From IMG/VR virus record IMGVR_UViG_3300042387_001477: a stretch of DNA of 64,000 nucleotides; one strand, 5' to 3'. This stretch comes from an uncultured virus (IMG/VR IMGVR_UViG_3300042387_001477). Its lineage: Duplodnaviria > Heunggongvirae > Uroviricota > Caudoviricetes. Numbering within the stretch: the stretch's first letter is position 1; the number at the start of each line of letters is the position of its first letter. A model generated the notes under the pieces. That model was not told the origin of the DNA. It did not search any database and was given only the letters and a program-made list of their open reading frames with translations. Shown in pieces: positions 19,660 to 26,045 of this stretch. The translations under genes and the position numbers were made by a program.

Positions 19660-20538
19660 TCAGAACTTGAACCCCAGACCCGTAGTGAATACAGGTGAGT
19701 AAGTACCGTTAGTAACACCATAGCTATTAGAAGCATTGGTGGTAGGGAACTTGAGATCAGCAAAACCAACTAGAGAGTTGGTGAGACGACCCTCTACACC
19801 TAGAGCTAGAACTACCTGACCCTTCTCGCCAACAGCAGACTGATAGTTAGCATCAGTATTGTTTACGAAAGGAATCTGATAACCTACACCAGTGTAGATG
19901 TTAGCACGACTTACACCAGAAGGAGCACGAGAAATACTCCAGTCATAGGACACTAGAGCACCGCCACCTGCACCAATCTGACCAGCAGGAGTACCAACTA
20001 GGTTAGCATAAGGACGAACAGCAACAGCATTCTGATTGCTGAAAGTCTTTACTGCATAACGACCTTGGATGGTAGCACCAGATACAGTACGGTTTTCGGT
20101 GTAACCATTACCAGCAACACCTTGCTTGTTCAGTAGAACACCAGCACCTAGATAGTTACCAACACCTTGAGCCTTTTGTGCAACTGCAAGTTCTAGTGCA
20201 GATACACGAGCATTAGTAGCACCTAGTTCTTTAGCAAACTCAGCACGAAGTGCGGCTGCTAGTTGTGCATCAGCAGCAGTTTCAAACTCAGTGATACGAT
20301 CTAGACATGCATTTGTTAGTGCAGCTAGTTGAGCACGAGTTGCAGGTTGACCAGGACGGAAAGTGCCATCAGGGAAACCAGCAACACAACCGTAACGTGA
20401 AACTAGGTTAGAGATAGCCTGATAGGACCATTCAGTAGGCTGAACGTCACGTAGCTGAGAAACGCTAGTGACTTGTGCCATGGCAGGAGTAATCGCAGTA
20501 GTAGCAACAACACCAGCAGTGATAAGTGAACGAATCAT
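19660..20538 (-). CDS. SLH-domain outer membrane protein (cyanobacterial porin-like, shortened)
   Basis: Signal peptide ending AMA; VTSVSQLRDVQPTEWSYQA..LV.RYGCVAGFPDGTF..TR SLH motif of SomA-type porins; beta-strand C-terminus ending GLGFKF. Confidence 0.85.
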   Translation of the reverse strand: MIRSLITAGVVATTAITPAMAQVTSVSQLRDVQPTEWSYQAISNLVSRYGCVAGFPDGTFRPGQPATRAQLAALTNACLDRITEFETAADAQLAAALRAEFAKELGATNARVSALELAVAQKAQGVGNYLGAGVLLNKQGVAGNGYTENRTVSGATIQGRYAVKTFSNQNAVAVRPYANLVGTPAGQIGAGGGALVSYDWSISRAPSGVSRANIYTGVGYQIPFVNNTDANYQSAVGEKGQVVLALGVEGRLTNSLVGFADLKFPTTNASNSYGVTNGTYSPVFTTGLGFKF

Positions 20539-20649
20539 AATTTGAAAATGATTAAGTACAGATTTTATTTATATTGTTAGGAACCATAACGTGGTTCGGT
20601 CCCTTCCCCAATATTATAGGGTAAAAGGTGGGGGCTGTCAACCCCCTTT

Positions 20650-20785
20650 GCAGGCTCGCCACTTGCCCTTTGACTGGAGGCAAGAAACCAGGCGGGAGTA
20701 AGCACTCCTCATCCGCACCAGTCGGCATATTTACTGTCCAATCCGACGAGGACTATTTGGGTCATGTTGACTCCACCAGGGTAAT
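20650..20785 (-). ncRNA. wcaG-like structured RNA (UGGYG-containing)
   Basis: Stems GTCGG/CCGAC, GCGG..GGAG/CTCC.CGC and CTTGCC/GGCAAG, with TGGTG or TGGCG directly after the first and third; upstream of the porin/hli operon. Family name from recall. Confidence 0.65.
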
Positions 20786-20792
20786 TTTTAAG

Positions 20793-20990
20793 TCATTCCA
20801 AGACTTCTAGATCTTTGTATATTTGCCAGATATACTGCTTGTGTTCTTGAAGTTTCTGAATTGTTTCGTGAAGTTTAGTATAATTTTTTAAATCCATTTG
20901 GGATTGGATTTGCTTAAGTGTAGTAATCACACTTTCAATTTCAGCACAAACATTTGATAACTTGAAAGAACGGTAGTTTGTTTGTTCCAT
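20793..20990 (-). CDS. Hypothetical coiled-coil protein
   Basis: 65-aa ORF between two structured non-coding blocks. Confidence 0.55.
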   Translation of the reverse strand: MEQTNYRSFKLSNVCAEIESVITTLKQIQSQMDLKNYTKLHETIQKLQEHKQYIWQIYKDLEVLE

Positions 20991-21188
20991 TTGATTTCTA
21001 AGGGGTTGCTCCCGACCAGGGTTTTTAAAGACTCTCCATGTCTCTCAGGTTATTTATTGTTGTATTAGTCCTTTGGTTTTGGTTTGTTACACTCGTTGCA
21101 GTAATACGAGAAGCCTGTACGAAATGATTTTACCACCTGGAAGTGGTCTTTGTCAAGGGGTTGTTCGGTGTGGCACTTAGCACACTGT

Positions 21189-21779
21189 CTAGTCCCACCA
21201 CCAACAGAGGTTTTCAAGGGTGTTGATGAACTGTTCATGGTAGACAGTGCGGCTAGGATTCGGTTTACCATCTTTCATGTCCTGTAGATACTGAATTATG
21301 CCACGAACCACGGGGGTGTCCTGGAAGTATTCGTGCATTCTGTAACAATTGAACTTTTCATTGTATTGGATGAAGTCATGTAATGGTGCTGTGTTGCGAC
21401 GATGAGCATGAATGAATACATCTTCATCTTTGATGCCATGCTTATTGCGAATATCTAATGGCACATACCTTTCTTCTTCTGGAATATCATCAGTAAGAAT
21501 TGCATGTTCTGGTTTTTCAAATACAAAGTGAAGACCTTCATAATACTTTTCCATCAACTCTAGGTCTGGTGCTACACGAAGTTCTTCATTCTCCTCCATG
21601 TAATACTTCATGCGATTGATTGCATCTGGGTCTGTCAATCGAAATACAATATTACCAATGTAGTAGTTTACTGGACCCCCATACATGCTTTCAGATAGCC
21701 TCTTACGAAAAGAGAGGTGGATTATTTCAAATCCAGCCTCTTCGTTTTCTTGATCAACTAGTCCTTGCGATAACGTCAT
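21189..21779 (-). CDS. Hypothetical protein
   Basis: 196-aa ORF ending LENLCWWWD. Confidence 0.65.
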   Translation of the reverse strand: MTLSQGLVDQENEEAGFEIIHLSFRKRLSESMYGGPVNYYIGNIVFRLTDPDAINRMKYYMEENEELRVAPDLELMEKYYEGLHFVFEKPEHAILTDDIPEEERYVPLDIRNKHGIKDEDVFIHAHRRNTAPLHDFIQYNEKFNCYRMHEYFQDTPVVRGIIQYLQDMKDGKPNPSRTVYHEQFINTLENLCWWWD

Positions 21780-21781
21780 AA

Positions 21782-21985
21782 TTAATGAAATCCAAAGTTG
21801 TCTAAATCTTTGCCGTGCTTTAACTCTTGTTTACGAAGCTTCTTAAGCTCCTTTACTAGATCTTTGATTTGTTTGTATGCATCATCTGCATGGAGTTTTC
21901 CACCAACTTCAAGTCCAACAATAACTTGAACTCGATCTCCAAACTGAGCAAGTTGCTTTTCAAAAGTTGTTAAATCTTCGTACAT
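21782..21985 (-). CDS. Conserved small cyanophage protein
   Basis: FEKQLAQFGDRV..IVGLEVGGKL..DAYKQIK. Confidence 0.65.
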   Translation of the reverse strand: MYEDLTTFEKQLAQFGDRVQVIVGLEVGGKLHADDAYKQIKDLVKELKKLRKQELKHGKDLDNFGFH

Positions 21986-22004
21986 GGCAGTTATTTAATT
22001 GTAA

Positions 22005-22078
22005 AGCCCAAGATCGGACTCGAACCGATGGCCTACGCTTTACAAAAGCGTTGCTCTATCCAACTGAGCTACTCAGGC
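22005..22078 (-). tRNA. tRNA-Thr(UGU)
   Basis: Cloverleaf; anticodon arm ACGCT-TTTGTAA-AGCGT; GGTTCGAGTCC. Confidence 0.93.
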
Positions 22079-22341
22079 ATATCTTCAGGATTTTCTAGAT
22101 CAACTGGAAATAAACAAGGATGACATTCTTCATCAATCAAATAAAATGAAGTACGATATAAATCTTCTGGAGCATATTCCTGATTATTTGATGCATCTAT
22201 TTGAATGTAAGGGTCATCCTGCATGATTTGAGGAATCTCTTCAAAAGTAAAAGGTACATTGTTGATGAAATACATTTCCACAATTTCATTGTTGTAGTAA
22301 CAATAGTTTGAGGAAATTTTGTATTTCATAACTGTATCCAC
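22069..22341 (-). CDS. Conserved hypothetical protein overlapping the tRNA-Thr 5' end
   Basis: VEMYFINNVPFTF, YLIDEECHP; last codons (ATG CCT GAG TAG) overlap the tRNA by 10 nt. Confidence 0.65.
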   Translation of the reverse strand: MDTVMKYKISSNYCYYNNEIVEMYFINNVPFTFEEIPQIMQDDPYIQIDASNNQEYAPEDLYRTSFYLIDEECHPCLFPVDLENPEDMPE

Positions 22342-22363
22342 CGATACTGATATTTATCGGTAA

Positions 22364-22481
22364 CTCCCCCGATAGGACTTGAACCTATAACCCATCGGTT
22401 AAGGAAAAAACTGGAATCGAACCAGAACTAAAGGAACCTTCTTTTCCACAGCCGATTGCTCTGCCATTGAGCTACAGGGGA
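22364..22481 (-). tRNA. tRNA-Asn(GUU) interrupted in the anticodon by a 46-nt tRNA-like insert
   Basis: TCCCCTG/CGGGGGA acceptor, TAGCTCAATGGCAGAGC D-arm, ATCGG/CCGAT anticodon stem, GGTTCAAGTCC T-arm; removing 22402-22447 gives a 72-nt tRNA with loop CTGTTAA. Confidence 0.9.
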
Positions 22482-22518
22482 ATAAATAGTTGGTATTAAT
22501 TTAAAAAGTTATACCAAC

Positions 22519-22848
22519 ATGAATAAAAAAGAAACTAGAACTTATGCTGATAGAAAAGCAAAAAATCCTAACTGGGCTAAAAAAATGACAGAAAGAGTAT
22601 CTGCAACTAGAAGAAAAAATGTATCTTTAATTAAAGAAGAAGCTGGAGGAAAATGCTGTATGTGTGGATACAACAAATGCACGGCAGCACTAGAGTTTCA
22701 TCATGTAGACCCAGATGCTAAAGAAGGTGGAATTATTGGTTCCACCGCATCTTTAGCAAAGCAAAGAGAGGAAGCAAAAAAATGCATTCTTGTCTGTGCT
22801 AATTGTCATCGTGAAATTCACTCTGACTTATCTATGTATCATAGATAA
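22519..22848 (+). CDS. HNH endonuclease (free-standing, homing-type)
   Basis: CCMCGYNKC..ALEFHHVDP...KCILVCANCHREIH; TAAATA at 22483-22488; antisense to the tRNA cluster. Confidence 0.9.
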   Translation: MNKKETRTYADRKAKNPNWAKKMTERVSATRRKNVSLIKEEAGGKCCMCGYNKCTAALEFHHVDPDAKEGGIIGSTASLAKQREEAKKCILVCANCHREIHSDLSMYHR

Positions 22849-22851
22849 AAA

Positions 22852-23074
22852 TTGTGGTAGGTGGGAATAACTTTGCCTATGTTATCCCTCTTTACTTCAT
22901 CCAGCCACAGAATACTAGACCAGCGAGAGGTTTTGGCACCTACGATTTTTAAGGGCAAGAATGTCCACCTACGATAAAATCTACGATGTGGCCGAGGGGA
23001 TCCTTTGTTTAATACAACGTTCCTTGTTGCACCCTTTACTACAGCATTCTAGTTTATCAGTCTAGGGCTCTTAG
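22852..23074 (-). ncRNA. Candidate highly structured non-coding RNA of unknown family
   Basis: No ORF in the supplied track; many complementary blocks (see findings); transcribed between a tRNA-like element and tRNA-Asn. Confidence 0.5.
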
Positions 23075-23148
23075 TACCTCTGGCTGGGAATCGAACCCAG
23101 TTTCCAAGTGCATTGTCTGCCTGTCCTTACCAATAGACTAACAGAGGA
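23075..23148 (-). ncRNA. tRNA-like RNA with a non-canonical anticodon arm
   Basis: CCTCTG/CAGAGG acceptor, D-arm with TGGTA, perfect CTGGG-TTCGATT-CCCAG T-arm; anticodon arm reduced to GCA-GACAA-TGC. Confidence 0.7.
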
Positions 23149-23152
23149 TTAA

Positions 23153-23317
23153 CTAATTTTCACCTAGAAGATATTCAACTGTATTTGCTACATCATTCAT
23201 AGCATCACGAAGATTGGGACGTTGACCAGACTCTTGTTTAATAACCGGTCTATGATCATCAGTTAGAGTCCACCTCCACTGATCCATATCTTTACAATAC
23301 CAAAGATTAATCTTCAT
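23153..23317 (-). CDS. Small conserved cyanophage protein
   Basis: MKINLWYCKDMDQWRWTLTDD...QESGQRP.LRDAMNDVANTVEY; manual translation. Confidence 0.65.
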   Translation of the reverse strand: MKINLWYCKDMDQWRWTLTDDHRPVIKQESGQRPNLRDAMNDVANTVEYLLGEN

Positions 23318-23465
23318 GTTTATAATACTCTAGTTCAATCCAATTAAGAAGTGTCTGAAATGCATTGATGGATGCTTGAGTACAATTATCTTCTTTAAGT
23401 CGATGAATGTAAAACTCAAGAGCTTCAATGACCATCTGACGATCAGTTTGTGAAATAAGTGACAT
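23307..23465 (-). CDS. Small hypothetical protein
   Basis: Start MSLISQTDRQ with a GAGG Shine-Dalgarno; the longer track ORF runs into tRNA-Gly. Confidence 0.6.
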   Translation of the reverse strand: MSLISQTDRQMVIEALEFYIHRLKEDNCTQASINAFQTLLNWIELEYYKHED

Positions 23466-23484
23466 AATAACCTCAAGATGAGGA

Positions 23485-23555
23485 AGCGGGAAACGGGGAT
23501 CGAACCCGTGATTCAAACTTGGAAGGATTGCGTGTTACCGCTACACTATTCCCGC
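23485..23555 (-). tRNA. tRNA-Gly(UCC)
   Basis: GCGGGAA/TTCCCGC acceptor, loop CTTCCAA, GGTTCGATCCC. Confidence 0.92.
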
Positions 23556-23604
23556 AGTGACCCCTCTGTTTGAGCATCGTCGATAGGCTTGAGGGGTGTT
23601 GATT

Positions 23605-23844
23605 TTATTTATTAAATGTAATTACATCAGGTGTTGATGATGGAATTACGGTATCTCCTAGTTTAATTTGGTATTTTGCACCAGACTCTTGAGCTTTATT
23701 CATTACAATAATGTAACCTAATTTTTGTAGTGCTTCAGCAATAGAATGAAGAGTATAAGGATCTTCATGCATTGCACCTAGTTCAAGTGCAGAACGAAGT
23801 GCATGTTCAGCCTTTTCAATTTGATACTTAACTGAATCGCCCAT
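23605..23844 (-). CDS. Hypothetical protein
   Basis: Start MGDSVKYQI; the longer track ORF overlaps tRNA-Ala. Confidence 0.55.
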   Translation of the reverse strand: MGDSVKYQIEKAEHALRSALELGAMHEDPYTLHSIAEALQKLGYIIVMNKAQESGAKYQIKLGDTVIPSSTPDVITFNK

Positions 23845-23863
23845 GTTAATTATATAGTGGGGA

Positions 23864-23936
23864 TGGAGAATAGGAGACTTGAACTCCTGACATCCTGCTT
23901 GCAAAGCAGGCACTCTACCAACTGAGTTAATTCCCC
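23864..23936 (-). tRNA. tRNA-Ala(UGC)
   Basis: GGGGAAT/ATTCTCC acceptor with G3-U70; CCTGC-TTTGCAA-GCAGG. Confidence 0.93.
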
Positions 23937-24055
23937 AGATGGATTAAGTGTGATATATCTCATAAGGATATAACAGGGACTTAATCTCTATCCGTATACT
24001 GACTTTGCAGTTCACCGACAATTTACCGTCAGAATGGAAGTTCTGTTAACGGTAA

Positions 24056-24130
24056 TCGGGATGATAGGACTCGAACCTACGACTTCCGCTTCCCAAAAGC
24101 GGCGCTCTAGCCAAACTGAGCTACATCCCG
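24056..24130 (-). tRNA. tRNA-Pro(UGG)
   Basis: CGGGATG/CATCCCG; CCGCT-TTTGGGA-AGCGG. Confidence 0.93.
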
Positions 24131-24133
24131 AAA

Positions 24134-24204
24134 TAGGAACACTGGGAATTGAACCCAGACCAACCCGTTATAAGCAGGCCGCTCTACCATTAAGCTATGC
24201 TCCC
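24134..24204 (-). tRNA. tRNA-Ile(UAU)
   Basis: GGGAGCA/TGTTCCT; GCCTG-CTTATAA-CGGGT; GGTTCAATTCC. Confidence 0.85.
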
Positions 24205-24213
24205 TAGACTAAA

Positions 24214-24498
24214 TTATCGAACTTCGTAATCTAGTCTACGTATTCGCCTTTTCGGCACATCAACTTGATCAATAACTTTGGGTTTTGGTTTTGGTTTCAT
24301 AAATCCACTTACCATTTCAACTTGGCTGATGTCTTGTCCTATTATAACAGGTAACCCATTGTTGTCAAGTCTTATGTAGGTCTCGTTAGGACACTTACAT
24401 GACTGACCTCTGTTTGGTGTTGCTACCTGAAGTGTTGCATTGCAACATTTACATCTGATTGTGTACATTGTTTCATACCTTAAATATTCAGTTGTCAC
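24214..24498 (-). CDS. Small zinc-binding hypothetical protein
   Basis: CKCC and CKCPN motifs, C-terminal RRLDYEVR; true start probably MYTIRC. Confidence 0.6.
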   Translation of the reverse strand: MTTEYLRYETMYTIRCKCCNATLQVATPNRGQSCKCPNETYIRLDNNGLPVIIGQDISQVEMVSGFMKPKPKPKVIDQVDVPKRRIRRLDYEVR

Positions 24499-24571
24499 GA
24501 CTCAGGAGGGACTTGAACCCCCGACCAACTGCTTAGAAGGCAGATGCTCTATCCAACTGAGCTACTGAGTC
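24498..24571 (-). tRNA. tRNA-Arg(UCU)
   Basis: GACTCAG/CTGAGTC; CTGC-CTTCTAA-GCAG. Confidence 0.93.
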
Positions 24572-24651
24572 AATTGTTGGAAACTCATAAGATATTTACC
24601 TTATGTATATTACCAGAAGTATTAGAGGACTTCCGAACCAACTGATTTAGT

Positions 24652-25056
24652 TTACCATGTCTTGGGGCAGTTGTCAACCCATGGGGCACACAACCTCATT
24701 TCCCCGCCAAGTGCTCGACACTCATCAGTATAACACACATCAGTGTCAACTGGTTTCTCTGAGTACCGTGGAGTTAATACCTTAGCATATTTATCGTCTT
24801 TTGTCAAGCGTTCATAATCACGGATTGCTTTGTCCACGGTTCGCTCGACATCTCGTTCCACTACACCAGGATTTTTTTGAAGTTCTGGGATTAGTGGAGA
24901 ATCTGGTTGATATGTTTGAAAATATTCATAAACAATATCCCAGATATGTTTTTCTTCTATCTTTAAGCAAGAAGAGAGTGATGCTACTATTAAAGATAAA
25001 ACTAGAATAGTTCTAATAGATGTTTTCTTTTTACCAAAAGAAAAATTAAATTTCAT
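24652..25056 (-). CDS. Hypothetical lipoprotein-like protein
   Basis: Hydrophobic signal ending LSSC; C-terminal CYTDECRALGGEMRLC. Confidence 0.6.
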   Translation of the reverse strand: MKFNFSFGKKKTSIRTILVLSLIVASLSSCLKIEEKHIWDIVYEYFQTYQPDSPLIPELQKNPGVVERDVERTVDKAIRDYERLTKDDKYAKVLTPRYSEKPVDTDVCYTDECRALGGEMRLCAPWVDNCPKTW

Positions 25057-25063
25057 AGGTTAA

Positions 25064-25357
25064 TCATTTTGGGTCATCATGTGATAGCTCACGGTCTATT
25101 ATACCTTTGATTTTTTTGATTCTTTCTTGTGGACTTTTTGTTGTTTTTTTAGAAGACGGCTTACTGGGTTTTGATGGTTCATCACCAACAACCGATGCAG
25201 CCATTTGTCTCATTTTTTTAATTCTATCTAGTTGTCTTTGATGTCGTTCTAGATCTTGTTGCATAAGTTTTTTATGAGCATCATCAAACCCATCTAAAAT
25301 AGATTCATTAAGATTTACTATATATGCTTCTAAACAAAACTCTTGAAAGGTTTTCAT
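25064..25357 (-). CDS. Candidate internal head protein
   Basis: N-terminus MKTFQEFCLEA resembles the T4 capsid targeting sequence; basic C-terminus. Confidence 0.55.
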   Translation of the reverse strand: MKTFQEFCLEAYIVNLNESILDGFDDAHKKLMQQDLERHQRQLDRIKKMRQMAASVVGDEPSKPSKPSSKKTTKSPQERIKKIKGIIDRELSHDDPK

Positions 25358-25416
25358 GATGCTCTTTATAGTTCTTTATGAGGAAGGGGAGAACTTATCT
25401 CCCCATTATTTATCTG

Positions 25417-25779
25417 TTAAACTCTATAGTAACAGACTCTTGCCACTCCCTGTCCTGGAGACGCAATAGTAGAGAATGCCCCGTAGGACAGGTCGAGGTC
25501 TCGTCCTCCGACATATGGACCTCTATCATTCACTCGCACAATAACTGATCTTCCATTTCGTTGATTTGTAACACGTAATCTAGTGCCGAATGGAAGCCAC
25601 CTATGTGCCACAGATCGACCATATGCATTATATGTTTCACCGTTTGCGGTGGTTTGGCCGTGATATCCATCACCTACACCATAATGTGATGCCAGGGAAC
25701 ATCCGCTGGCTGCCTCAGCTTTTTGGGGCGTAAATCCAAGAAGTGTTGAAGCAATTAAAAGGGTTGAAATAAAACGCAT
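25417..25779 (-). CDS. RlpA-like lytic transglycosylase (DPBB fold)
   Basis: Signal peptide; TANGE.YN, AHRWLPFGT, VRVNDRGPY..RDLDLS..AF. Confidence 0.9.
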   Translation of the reverse strand: MRFISTLLIASTLLGFTPQKAEAASGCSLASHYGVGDGYHGQTTANGETYNAYGRSVAHRWLPFGTRLRVTNQRNGRSVIVRVNDRGPYVGGRDLDLSYGAFSTIASPGQGVARVCYYRV

Positions 25780-25899
25780 TAATTTAAATTGAACTCTACA
25801 TCCTAATAGAGAAACCACACATCCCCTCTCTCAAGGGGGAATCTCCTAGGCTCTAAATGATAACACTCAATCGCTTATGATAAAAGTTGGTGTTACCAA

Positions 25900-25981
25900 T
25901 GGGCAGGGAGGGATTTGAACCCCCGTAGGCAGAGCCAGCGGATTTACAGTCCGCCTCCATTAACCACTCGGACACCTACCC
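25900..25981 (-). tRNA. tRNA-Tyr(GUA)
   Basis: GGGTAGG/CCTGCCC; GCGGA-CTGTAAA-TCCGC; long variable arm. Confidence 0.93.
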
Positions 25982-26045
25982 GATAACAAAATGTTACCAC
26001 ACTCGCATTCAGTTGTCAAGGTGCTTGGGATATTTATACCGTTTC

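Noticed and set aside
20628..20810. 60-aa plus-strand ORF
   Set aside because: Antisense to the wcaG-like RNA; no ribosome binding site or protein-like features.
22402..22447. Insert as a group I/II intron or archaeal bulge-helix-bulge intron
   Set aside because: Far too short for a self-splicing core, does not end in G, lies within the anticodon rather than at 37/38, and no bulge-helix-bulge is evident.
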